From assembly GCA_946409435.1 (NCBI GenBank), contig CAMJWJ010000001.1, forward strand, positions 9,257 through 73,256: a stretch of DNA of 64,000 nucleotides. Direction: 5' to 3'. The notes under the pieces were generated by a model. The model had not been told where the DNA came from and ran no database searches. It saw nothing but the letters and a program-made list of their open reading frames with translations. This stretch comes from an uncultured Prevotella sp. (GTDB lineage Bacteria; Bacteroidota; Bacteroidia; Bacteroidales; Bacteroidaceae). The translations under genes were made by a program, and so were the position numbers. Positions 35,023 through 44,401 of the stretch are shown piece after piece (within the stretch, counting starts at the first letter, position 1; every line of letters begins with the position of its first letter).

Positions 35023-37053
35023 ATGAAAGAACACTGTCATTGTCATGAGCACCATGAGTGTCATGAACACCACCAACATCATCATGCCCACGAGCATCAT
35101 CATGAAAGCGAGCACGGAGGCCTTCGGAGCCAGTTGACACTTATCGTCGTGTCAGCACTGTTGCTTGCCGGAGCCATGCTCGTCGAGCACTACTGCCAGT
35201 TAGCCACCTGGCAACAGCTGTTGGTCTACCTCGTGCCCTATCTGGTGATAGGCCACGACACGCTGAGGGAGGCCTGTGAGGGCATTGCCGAGGGCGATGT
35301 CTTCAACGAGCACTTCCTCATGTCGATAGCCACCATCGGTGCACTCTGCATTGGTTTCCTGCCCGGAGCCGAGACGGAGTTCCCCGAGGCCGTCTTCGTC
35401 ATGCTGTTCTTCCAGATAGGCGAGCTGTTCGAGGGCTATGCCGAAGGGAAGAGCCGCGACAGCATAGCCCATCTGATGGACATCCGTCCCGACGTGGCCA
35501 GCGTTGAGCGGGGTGATGGCGTGGTTACTGTGTCGCCCGATGAAGTGGCTGTTGGAGAAGTCATCGTCGTACGGCCCGGCGAGAAAGTCCCCCTCGACGG
35601 TAGGGTAGTCGAAGGCACGTCGTCGCTGAACACCATCGCACTGACTGGCGAGAGCCTGCCCCGCGAGGTAGCTGTGGGCGACGATGTCGTGTCGGGTTGT
35701 ATCAATCTTACTGGTGTCATCCGTGTTGAGACGACGAAGAACTTCGGCGAGAGTACCGTGTCGAAAATCATCAGGCTGGTGGAGAGTGCCGACGAGCACA
35801 AGTCGCAGAGCGAGTCGTTCATCACCCGCTTTGCCCGCGTCTATACGCCTGTCGTTGTCGTGGCAGCCCTGCTGGTGGCCTTCCTGCCGCCGCTACTGGC
35901 TGCTGCTATCGGTCAGCAGTCCTTCGGCATGGCCTTTGGCGTGTGGCTCCACCGTGCCCTCATCTTCCTGGTGGTGTCCTGTCCCTGTGCACTGGTCATC
36001 AGCGTCCCGCTCACCTTCTTCGGCGGCTTGGGGGGCGCCTCGCGCCGGGGCATACTGGTGAAGGGCAGCAACTACATGGATACATTGGCCCGCATAGGCA
36101 CGGTGGTGTTCGACAAGACGGGTACGCTGACCCATGGCGAGTTTGCCGTCGAGGCTGTTCATCCCGACGAGATTGACAGCACGGAACTGCTGCATCTGGC
36201 TGCCCACGTGGAGCACTTCACCACCCATCCCATCGGTGCAGCCTTGCGCGCAGCCTTCCCCAACGAGGCCACCGACGGTTGTGTGGTGACCGATGTCGAA
36301 GAGATTGCAGGCCGTGGCATCCGGGCGTGTATTGACGGCCGTACCGTCTGTGTGGGCAATTTGAAGATGATGGACGATATAGGTGTGCGCTGGCACGACT
36401 GCAGTGACTGTCACGACTGTCACCATGTGGGGACGATTATCCATGTGGCTATTGACGGACGCTATGCGGGTCATGTCGTCATCAACGACCGCATCAAGGA
36501 GGATAGCGCTGGGGCAGTGGCCCGTCTGAAGCAGTTAGGCGTGGAGCGTACCGTCATGCTCACTGGCGACCGTGACGAGGTGGCCTGCGACGTGGCTGCT
36601 CGCACGGGGCTGGATGAGTATCATGCAGGACTGCTGCCTGCCGACAAGGTGGCACACGTCGAGCGGTTGCTGGAGCAGACCGCAGGACGCTCGACAAGTG
36701 GCAGGACGTTCTTGGCCTTCGTTGGCGACGGCATCAATGACGCTCCCGTGCTGAAGCGTGCCGACGTTGGCATCGCAATGGGGGCACTGGGCAGCGAGGC
36801 AGCCATCGAGGCGGCCGACGTGGTGCTGATGGACGACCAGCCGTCGAAGATAGCCACGGCCATCGCCATCGCCCGCCGCACCATCGCCATCGCCCGCCAG
36901 AACGTGTGGTTTGCCATCGGTGTCAAGGTTGCCATTCTGCTGCTGGCAGCCTTCGGTGTGGCAACGCTGTGGCTCGCTGTCTTTGCCGACGTGGGTGTCA
37001 CGGTGCTTGCTGTGCTCAATGCTATGCGCGCACTGTCCTGTGGAAATGAATAA
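35023..37053 (+). CDS. cadA: Heavy-metal (Zn/Cd-type) P1B ATPase with His-rich N-terminus
   Basis: Motifs LTGES, SCPCALVIS, FDKTGTLT, HP and GDGINDAP; N-terminus MKEHCHCHEHHECHEHH. Confidence 0.93.
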   Translation: MKEHCHCHEHHECHEHHQHHHAHEHHHESEHGGLRSQLTLIVVSALLLAGAMLVEHYCQLATWQQLLVYLVPYLVIGHDTLREACEGIAEGDVFNEHFLMSIATIGALCIGFLPGAETEFPEAVFVMLFFQIGELFEGYAEGKSRDSIAHLMDIRPDVASVERGDGVVTVSPDEVAVGEVIVVRPGEKVPLDGRVVEGTSSLNTIALTGESLPREVAVGDDVVSGCINLTGVIRVETTKNFGESTVSKIIRLVESADEHKSQSESFITRFARVYTPVVVVAALLVAFLPPLLAAAIGQQSFGMAFGVWLHRALIFLVVSCPCALVISVPLTFFGGLGGASRRGILVKGSNYMDTLARIGTVVFDKTGTLTHGEFAVEAVHPDEIDSTELLHLAAHVEHFTTHPIGAALRAAFPNEATDGCVVTDVEEIAGRGIRACIDGRTVCVGNLKMMDDIGVRWHDCSDCHDCHHVGTIIHVAIDGRYAGHVVINDRIKEDSAGAVARLKQLGVERTVMLTGDRDEVACDVAARTGLDEYHAGLLPADKVAHVERLLEQTAGRSTSGRTFLAFVGDGINDAPVLKRADVGIAMGALGSEAAIEAADVVLMDDQPSKIATAIAIARRTIAIARQNVWFAIGVKVAILLLAAFGVATLWLAVFADVGVTVLAVLNAMRALSCGNE

Positions 37054-37070
37054 TCAATTAATAATGAATA

Positions 37071-37560
37071 TGATTCATCCATCGAAAAACCCTTCACCGA
37101 CGCTGTAATATGTTGCACGACAATGGCTTACGGTGAAGGGTCTCGGTGAGGTGATGTTAAGGGTTTCGGTGATGCAATGTGAGGAGTCGACGGGATAACG
37201 CCCTTCACGAATTCTTCCAAGCATTTTCTGCGCTGTGAGTGGCCTTCTCACGACGGTGAGTGGCCCACTCAGTTCAGTGAGTGGCCTGGTTATGACCGTG
37301 AGGGGCCTACTAATTGAAATTACTCATCGAGTAAATGCAAAGACCTGCGATGTGACACTCACCTCATCCATCTTCCATCTTCCATCACACATCATGCATC
37401 TCACATCCAACCCTTCACCGTATCTCGTTGTATTATTGTGTGTTAGCCGTCTGGTGAAGGGTTTGTTGCACAGCGATTTCTTCTTTATTATAAAAAATAA
37501 TGCAGCCATCGCTGACTGCATTTTAATCATAGTTGTGGGTCAACTTCAATATTATTGCTT
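37071..37560. mobile_element. Composite intergenic repeat element, copy 2
   Basis: Collinear with 12234-12720 and in the same orientation. 21-bp repeats at 37235, 37256, 37277 and 37298; AAAACCCTTCACC at 37086; CTGGTGAAGGGTTT at 37451. Confidence 0.7.
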
Positions 37561-37562
37561 AG

Positions 37563-38597
37563 TTAGTGGTCCTGCTCTCCGTATAGCTCGAGTATGTGTC
37601 CCACCTTCTCGTCCATGGGCAGTGTAGCGTCTATCCAGTTGATGGTGAAGCCACGTCGCTCCATGCCACGGAACCAGGTCATCTGGCGTTTTGCAAACTG
37701 GTGGATAGCTATCTCTAACCGCTGGAACATCTCGTCGTACGTGCTCTGCCCCGTGACATACTCCGTCACGAACTTGTACTCCAGCCCATAGTAGATAAGG
37801 TCCTCGGCAGGTATGCCCTCGGCCAGCAGTCCGCTGACCTCGTCGGCCATGCCGTGCTCCAAGCGCTGACGCAGCCTGGCAGTAATCTTGCGGCGGCGCT
37901 CCTCGCGGTCGATGTTGACGCCAACGATGAGCGTCGTGTCCTGCAGTGGGGTGGGGCGTAGGGCGGCAGGAGCCTCCGCCGAGCCAATCTCTATCTCGAT
38001 GGCACGGATGGCCCGCTGGCAGGAGTCAACGTCCGTCGTGTTGTGCATCGTTGAGCCGTTTTTGGCTTTCAGCTCCGTCAGCATCTGCGTCAGCTCAGCC
38101 AGCGACTTGCCCTCCAAGCGCTGGCGCAGTTCGGGATTCTGTGGCACGGGCGACAACTGGTAACCCTTGAGCACGGCCTCGATGTATAGTCCCGTGCCTC
38201 CGCAGAGTATGGGCACAACACCCCTGCCGGTGATGTCGTCGTAGGCATCGGCGAAGTCCTGCTGATACTGAAACAGATTGTACTTCGTGCCTGGCTCAAC
38301 GATGTCTATCAGATGGTAGGGCACGTTGATGGTTCTGCCGTTCGTCTCCATGCGGTAGTCGTCCAGGTCTTTGCCGGTGCCGATGTCCATGCGGCGGTAC
38401 ACCTGCCGTGAGTCTGCTGAGATGATCTCGCCGCCGCAGCATCCCGCTACCAGAGGCAGCTGGCAGGCCAGTGCAGTGGCTAATGGCGTCTTTCCGCTGG
38501 CCGTCGGTCCCAGTATAGTGATCATTCGTTTGATGCCTTTCCTCTCTTCAGGGTGAGAGGCAGGGGGTGGAGTCTGTCTGTTCATGTTTACTCTCAT
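37563..38597 (-). CDS. miaA: tRNA dimethylallyltransferase (start uncertain: 38597, 38585 or 38525)
   Basis: Motifs ILGPTASGKT, ISADSRQVYR, GGTGLY and FAKRQMTWFR. Confidence 0.96.
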   Translation of the reverse strand: MRVNMNRQTPPPASHPEERKGIKRMITILGPTASGKTPLATALACQLPLVAGCCGGEIISADSRQVYRRMDIGTGKDLDDYRMETNGRTINVPYHLIDIVEPGTKYNLFQYQQDFADAYDDITGRGVVPILCGGTGLYIEAVLKGYQLSPVPQNPELRQRLEGKSLAELTQMLTELKAKNGSTMHNTTDVDSCQRAIRAIEIEIGSAEAPAALRPTPLQDTTLIVGVNIDREERRRKITARLRQRLEHGMADEVSGLLAEGIPAEDLIYYGLEYKFVTEYVTGQSTYDEMFQRLEIAIHQFAKRQMTWFRGMERRGFTINWIDATLPMDEKVGHILELYGEQDH

Positions 38598-38762
38598 TGC
38601 GAAGATTAGTCTGCTGCAAAGGTAGCACAAATAATGTAAAACGCCAAACGATTTTGCAGCGTATTCGCGTGTGCGTATTAATATAATAAGGAGGAAATGT
38701 TAAAAGTTGCTCAATTACGAAAAAAAACTGCGAAAATATTTGGAGCGTATGTCTTTTTGTCT

Positions 38763-38795
38763 TACCTTTGCAGTGTACTATTTAAGTAGTACACT
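38763..38795 (+). promoter_or_regulatory. -7 element plus YtrA/GntR-type operator
   Basis: TACCTTTG at 38763-38770, then the perfect palindrome AGTGTACTA-N6-TAGTACACT at 38772-38795. The operon encodes a YtrA-type GntR. Confidence 0.8.
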
Positions 38796-38840
38796 AATAC
38801 AAGAGTACAAAATAAGTATTAACATCAAATAAAGAAGCGT

Positions 38841-39671
38841 ATGATTGACGTACAAAACATCAGTTTCAAGTACAAGGGCCAGAAGGCTCTTGTCTTCGAC
38901 GGGTTCCGTCTCCAGCTGGAGGAGAACCGCATCTATGGCTTGTTAGGCAAGAACGGCACGGGCAAGTCGACTCTCCTGTACCTCCTTTCCGGTTTGCTGC
39001 GCCCCACGCAGGGTACAATCTACTGCGACACCGTTGCAGCGCACACGCGCCAGCCCGAAATGCTGAGCAACATCTTCCTCGTGACGGAGGAGTTTGAGAT
39101 GCCGGCCATCCGGCTCTCTGAGTATGTGAAGCTCTATAAACCCTTCTACCCCAACTTCTCCGACGACATCCTGCAGGGCTGTCTGGCCGACTTTGAGCTG
39201 CCTGCCGACGTACACCTCGCAGAACTCTCGATGGGTCAGCGCAAGAAGGCATACATCGCCTTTGCCATGGCCACCAACACGAAGTACCTGTTGATGGACG
39301 AGCCGACCAACGGACTGGATATACCCTCAAAGTCACAATTCCGCAAGGTCATCGCCCAGCACATGACCGAGGAGCGCACCGTCGCCATCTCTACCCATCA
39401 GGTGCACGACGTAGAGCAGATGCTCGACCACATCCTTATGCTCGACCGCCACAGCGTGCTGATGAATGCCTCGATACAGGACATTCAGGAGCAGTACACC
39501 TTTGAATACCGCACACCGCAGCAGATGGACGACAGCGTGCTCTATGCCGAGCCTACGTTGCAGGGCAATGCTGTCATCACCAAGCGCCAGGAGGGAGACT
39601 CGGAGACACAAGTGAACCTCGAACTGCTGTTCAATTATATGACCACACAGACGGCGGGGACCATCCAGTAA
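38841..39671 (+). CDS. ABC transporter ATP-binding protein (YtrB-like)
   Basis: Motifs GKNGTGKST, LSMGQ and LLMDEPTNGLD. Confidence 0.95.
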   Translation: MIDVQNISFKYKGQKALVFDGFRLQLEENRIYGLLGKNGTGKSTLLYLLSGLLRPTQGTIYCDTVAAHTRQPEMLSNIFLVTEEFEMPAIRLSEYVKLYKPFYPNFSDDILQGCLADFELPADVHLAELSMGQRKKAYIAFAMATNTKYLLMDEPTNGLDIPSKSQFRKVIAQHMTEERTVAISTHQVHDVEQMLDHILMLDRHSVLMNASIQDIQEQYTFEYRTPQQMDDSVLYAEPTLQGNAVITKRQEGDSETQVNLELLFNYMTTQTAGTIQ

Positions 39672-39720
39672 TAGAACTGCGTAATTAACAAAATTCACGA
39701 TTTAAATAGAATATAAAGAT

Positions 39721-40590
39721 ATGAGTACTTTCAATAAAACAAGATTCTTGCAGGCGCTGAAATGCCACTTTCTCGTGGAGCGTAAGTCATGGATTCGCCT
39801 CTTCGCCATCTTTACGCTGGTCATGTTCATGGCCAACCTGTACTTTACCCGCGTGGTCTTTACAAGCTATTCAGACCTTGAAGCAAGCTATGGCATTGAC
39901 GAAGTGCGTAATTGGTATGGCAACCGTGTGGAGGATACCTCGGTATTTGCCTTTGTGTTCTTCTGCTTTGCTATGCTGTTTGGAGCCAGTGGCATGTTCT
40001 CGCAAATGAAGGATACGCGCAAGCGGTCGGCCTATCTGCTGTGGCCCGTCAGCAACCTCGAGAAATACATCATCGGCGTACTGCTATCGGTGGGGCTGAT
40101 GATGGTCCTGACTTTTGCTGCCAATGTGCTGGCCGATGCACTCCGCGTGCTGGTTGACTGGGCGACAGGACGTGTCATCATCTGGGGCTTTACCATGCCT
40201 TTCACGTGGAGGAGCAGCTTTCCGACAACGATGTCTGAGAATTGGCAGTTATTGTGGGCAGTGCTAACGTATGCATTCTACTTCCACTCGCTCTATATCG
40301 TCGGCGGCACGCTGTTCCGCCGCCAGCAGTTCCTGTTCACCAGTGGCACCATCGTCGTTGTCGGCATCCTGTTGATCATGGTGCTGAACCAGATTGACTG
40401 GCCGAACTCCGGCATAGAATTGATGAGTGGCACATGGGACGAGGCTACACATACGTACACCAGGATATTCTATCCTTCTTTCTATATCGTTCACGCTGTG
40501 CTCTGCCTGCTCATCCTCTTCCACTACTGGGCTTCCTACAAGCTGTTCTGCCGCATGCAGGTTATTAACAATAAATGGTTGAACGTATGA
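39721..40590 (+). CDS. ABC-2-type membrane protein
   Basis: About 6 TM helices; YLLWPVSNLEKY motif; lies between the ATPase and GntR genes. Confidence 0.8.
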   Translation: MSTFNKTRFLQALKCHFLVERKSWIRLFAIFTLVMFMANLYFTRVVFTSYSDLEASYGIDEVRNWYGNRVEDTSVFAFVFFCFAMLFGASGMFSQMKDTRKRSAYLLWPVSNLEKYIIGVLLSVGLMMVLTFAANVLADALRVLVDWATGRVIIWGFTMPFTWRSSFPTTMSENWQLLWAVLTYAFYFHSLYIVGGTLFRRQQFLFTSGTIVVVGILLIMVLNQIDWPNSGIELMSGTWDEATHTYTRIFYPSFYIVHAVLCLLILFHYWASYKLFCRMQVINNKWLNV

Positions 40591-40949
40591 TATTCACTAA
40601 CGATAAAGCGATTTACCTGCAGATAGGCGACCGCCTCTGCGACGAGATACTGGCCGGCACCTACCAGGAGGACGACCGCATCCCCAGCGTCCGCGAGTAT
40701 GCCGTACTGCTACAGGTAAATACCAACACGGCCGTCAAGGCCTACGACGAGCTGGCGCGTGCCAACATCATCTACAATAAGCGCGGACTGGGCTATTTCG
40801 TCTCGCCGGGTGCCAAAGAGCAAATCCTGACGGAGCGCCGCCGTGAGTTCATGGACAACAAGCTGCCGGAGCTCTTCCGTCAGATGCGCCTGCTGGACAT
40901 CAGCATCGGCGAGGTAGACAAGGCATGGAGTAACCTTACAGATGTTTAA
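40587..40949 (+). CDS. GntR (YtrA subfamily) regulator
   Basis: IYLQIGD..IPSVREYA..VNTNTAVKAY..RGLGYFV with a short C-domain; ATGA overlap with the upstream gene. Confidence 0.93.
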   Translation: MIFTNDKAIYLQIGDRLCDEILAGTYQEDDRIPSVREYAVLLQVNTNTAVKAYDELARANIIYNKRGLGYFVSPGAKEQILTERRREFMDNKLPELFRQMRLLDISIGEVDKAWSNLTDV

Positions 40950-41032
40950 AGATTCTTAGAAAAGTTGCGTCCTTTGCAACTTTCTCGCTACCTTTGCCGT
41001 CCAACAGACAGCATTATGTATAAAGCATTGAT

Positions 41033-41692
41033 ATGATTCACCTAAAAGACATACACAAGACCTATCAGGGTGCACAGCCGCTTCACGTACTGAAGGGCAT
41101 CACGCTCGACATCGAGAAGGGAGAGTTCGTCAGCATCATGGGGGCCAGCGGTTCGGGCAAGTCGACACTGCTGAACATACTCGGCATCCTGGACAACTAC
41201 GACTCCGGCAGCTACGAGCTGGCAGGCGTGCCCATCTGGAACCTCAGTGAGACCAGGGCCGCTGAGTACCGTAACCGCATGATAGGCTTTATCTTCCAGT
41301 CATTTAACCTGATTTCGTTTAAGACTGCAGTAGAGAATGTTGAGTTGCCATTATTTTATCAAGGGGTGTCGCGTCGCAAGCGACACACCCTTGCCCTTGA
41401 GTACCTGGAGCGACTGGGGCTGCTGGACTGGGCTGAGCACTATCCCAACGAGCTCTCTGGCGGTCAGCGCCAGCGCGTGGCCATAGCCCGTGCACTCATC
41501 ACGAAACCGCAAATCATTCTTGCCGACGAGCCTACGGGTGCCCTCGACTCGAAGACCAGTGTCGAAGTGATGGAGCTGCTCAAACAACTGAACAAGGATG
41601 AAGGCATGACTCAGATTATCGTCACCCACGACCCTACCGTAGGCGCACAGACCAACCGCATCATAAGAATCAAAGATGGAGTTATTGAATGA
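41033..41692 (+). CDS. MacB/LolD-type ABC ATP-binding protein
   Basis: Motifs GASGSGKST, LSGGQRQRVAIARAL and LADEPTGALD. Confidence 0.96.
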   Translation: MIHLKDIHKTYQGAQPLHVLKGITLDIEKGEFVSIMGASGSGKSTLLNILGILDNYDSGSYELAGVPIWNLSETRAAEYRNRMIGFIFQSFNLISFKTAVENVELPLFYQGVSRRKRHTLALEYLERLGLLDWAEHYPNELSGGQRQRVAIARALITKPQIILADEPTGALDSKTSVEVMELLKQLNKDEGMTQIIVTHDPTVGAQTNRIIRIKDGVIE

Positions 41693-43007
41693 AATATGGC
41701 AGACGGCCAAACGCAACAAGCTACGCACGGGGCTGACAGGCTTCGCCGTGGCGTGGGGCATCTTCATGCTCATCGTGCTGTTAGGGGCAGGCAACGGACT
41801 GATCAATGCTCAGCTGAAGCAGTCGGACAGGTTCCTCTCTAACTCGATGGTGGTCTTTGGCGGTGAGACATCGAAACCCTATCAAGGTATGGCCGAGGGA
41901 CGTAACATCTCGCTGAAGGACTACGATATAGAAGCTACCTCACACGACTTCCCAGAAAATATCGACGCCGTGGGGGCACAGCTTTACCAATGGAGCCAGA
42001 CGGTGAGCTTCGGACAGCAGTATATCAGTACATCGCTGCAGGGCGTCTTTCCAAACCATACGAAGATAGACAAGGTGCAAATCCTGCATGGCCGTTTCAT
42101 CAACGACATCGACCTGCGTGAGAAGCGGAAGGTCATTGTGTTGAGCAGCAACCAGGCCAAGGAGCTGTTGCCCGTCAGGCCTGCTGCCTCCTCCTCCGTT
42201 CGGTATACTGCGACATCGTCGCAGTCTACAGGCCAGGAAGCGCAGCCCGCAAACCGGCTGTCATCGCTCGTGGGACGTTATGTCAACGTAGGACCTTTCG
42301 CCTTCCGTGTAGTAGGCATCCTGAAAGACGACGAGAACGGGCGTGCCGATGCCATCATTCCCTATACGACGCTGAAGAGCGTCTATAACAAGGGCGACGA
42401 TGCCGGCCGTATCGAGTTCTCGTTCCATGGCTTGCCCACAGAAGAAGCCAACGAGCAGTTTGAACACCGCTACCGTCAGCGGCTGAATGCTAACCACCAG
42501 GCGCACCCGGAGGATGAGTCGGCTGTCTATCTGTGGAACCGCTTCACGCAGAACATGCAGATGGAGACGGGTATCGGCATCATCCGTACTGCTCTCTGGA
42601 TAGTTGGCCTATTCACCCTGCTGTCGGGCATCGTGGGTGTGTCGAACATCATGCTCATCACCGTCAAGGAACGCACCCATGAGTTCGGCATCCGCAAAGC
42701 CATCGGTGCCAAGCCCTGGAACATCCTGCGGCTCATCATCGTCGAGAGTGTCATCATTACGACGTTCTTCGGATACATTGGCATGGTGTTGGGTGTCATA
42801 GCCAACGAATACATGGATGCGACTATCGGTCATGACACGATAGATACAGGACTTTTCAAGGCTACCATGTTTGTTGATCCTACAGTAGGACTTGATGTCT
42901 GTTTCGAGGCTACGATGGTCATGGTCATTGCCGGCACGATAGCTGGCCTCATTCCGGCGCTGAAGGCATCACGTATCAGGCCTATTGAGGCGCTCCGTGC
43001 TGATTAA
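41676..43007 (+). CDS. MacB/FtsX-family ABC permease
   Basis: Motifs GVSNIMLITVKERTHEFGIRKAIGA and PIEALRAD. Confidence 0.93.
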   Translation: MELLNEIWQTAKRNKLRTGLTGFAVAWGIFMLIVLLGAGNGLINAQLKQSDRFLSNSMVVFGGETSKPYQGMAEGRNISLKDYDIEATSHDFPENIDAVGAQLYQWSQTVSFGQQYISTSLQGVFPNHTKIDKVQILHGRFINDIDLREKRKVIVLSSNQAKELLPVRPAASSSVRYTATSSQSTGQEAQPANRLSSLVGRYVNVGPFAFRVVGILKDDENGRADAIIPYTTLKSVYNKGDDAGRIEFSFHGLPTEEANEQFEHRYRQRLNANHQAHPEDESAVYLWNRFTQNMQMETGIGIIRTALWIVGLFTLLSGIVGVSNIMLITVKERTHEFGIRKAIGAKPWNILRLIIVESVIITTFFGYIGMVLGVIANEYMDATIGHDTIDTGLFKATMFVDPTVGLDVCFEATMVMVIAGTIAGLIPALKASRIRPIEALRAD

Positions 43008-43032
43008 TTATGAATATGAATTGTGAATTAAG

Positions 43033-44289
43033 ATGAGAATAGACATAGACTCCTACCGCGAGATACTGGACACGCTGACCAGGAACAAGAGCCGCTCGTT
43101 CTTGACGGGATTCGGTGTCTTCTGGGGCGTATTCATGCTTGTCTCACTGATTGGAGGCGGAAATGGACTGAAGGAACTGCTGAACAGTAACTTCGAGGGA
43201 TTCGCTACCAACTCGGCCATGATATGGGCTCAGCAGACTACCAAGCCTTATAAAGGATTCCGCAAAGGACGATGGTGGGACATGAACTACAAGGACATTG
43301 ACCGACTGAAGCAACGTGTGCCAGAGCTGGATGTGGTGGCTCCCGTGGTCTTCATGCCGTGGAATGCCAGTAGCACGGCGTACTATAGTGACCGCCGCAT
43401 GTCGACCAACGTGCAGGGCGTGACACCTGACTTTGCTCGTGTCGTAGGTCCCAAGATGTACTACGGCCGATTCATTAACGACATGGACATTCAGCAGCAA
43501 CGTAAGGTGTGTGTCATTGGCAAGCGTGTATATAAAGACCTGTTCAAGGAGGGTGGTGACCCCTGCGGCAAGCGCATCCGCCTCGACTCCACCTACTACG
43601 AGGTGGTAGGCGTGGACTACAACAACTCAAACGGCATGAACTTCAACGGCTCGAACGACGAGAAGGTGACGCTGCCGCTGACCCTGATGCAGTCGACCTA
43701 CAACCTTGGAAACACGGTAGGACTTATTGCTGTGACCTGTCGCAAGGGCGTGGTCATGTCGAGTATCACCCAACGTATGCGGGAGACCATAGCCCGTGCA
43801 CACTATATCGACCCGACGGACGAACAAGGTGTCATGGTGTTTAATACTGAGGTACTGTTCCAATTGTTGGACAACCTGTTCCGTGGCGTCAACTTCCTCA
43901 TCTGGCTTGTCGGCCTCGGCACGTTGCTGGCGGGTGCCATCGGTGTGTCGAACATCATGATGGTCACCGTACGTGAGCGAACAACAGAAATAGGCATCCG
44001 ACGGGCTATCGGCGCTACGCCGCGCATGATACTATCGCAGATCATCTCGGAAAGCATCGTGCTCACCCTCGTGGCAGGCATGAGCGGCATCCTATTCGGC
44101 GTGCTCATCCTCCAGATGCTGGAATTGGGCAATACGGAGGACGGTATCGTCACCGCCCATTTCCAGGTGGGCTTCTGGACAGCTATCCTTGCTGCCCTCG
44201 TGGTGTCGGCGATGGGCGTGCTGGCTGGTCTTGCGCCGGCAGCCCGAGCCATGAGCATCAAACCCGTCGATGCCATGCGTGACGAATAA
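43033..44289 (+). CDS. MacB/FtsX-family ABC permease
   Basis: Motifs GVSNIMMVTVRERTTEIGIRRAIGA and PVDAMRDE. Confidence 0.93.
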   Translation: MRIDIDSYREILDTLTRNKSRSFLTGFGVFWGVFMLVSLIGGGNGLKELLNSNFEGFATNSAMIWAQQTTKPYKGFRKGRWWDMNYKDIDRLKQRVPELDVVAPVVFMPWNASSTAYYSDRRMSTNVQGVTPDFARVVGPKMYYGRFINDMDIQQQRKVCVIGKRVYKDLFKEGGDPCGKRIRLDSTYYEVVGVDYNNSNGMNFNGSNDEKVTLPLTLMQSTYNLGNTVGLIAVTCRKGVVMSSITQRMRETIARAHYIDPTDEQGVMVFNTEVLFQLLDNLFRGVNFLIWLVGLGTLLAGAIGVSNIMMVTVRERTTEIGIRRAIGATPRMILSQIISESIVLTLVAGMSGILFGVLILQMLELGNTEDGIVTAHFQVGFWTAILAALVVSAMGVLAGLAPAARAMSIKPVDAMRDE

Positions 44290-44401
44290 CGGCTCAATGC
44301 CTCATGCATCAAGAAGTACGCTGAAGGAACTGCACAAGGTGCTTTGGACAAAAAGGAGAGAAACAATTATAAAAGAAGCATGAATTAAGTATTATAAAGA
44401 T

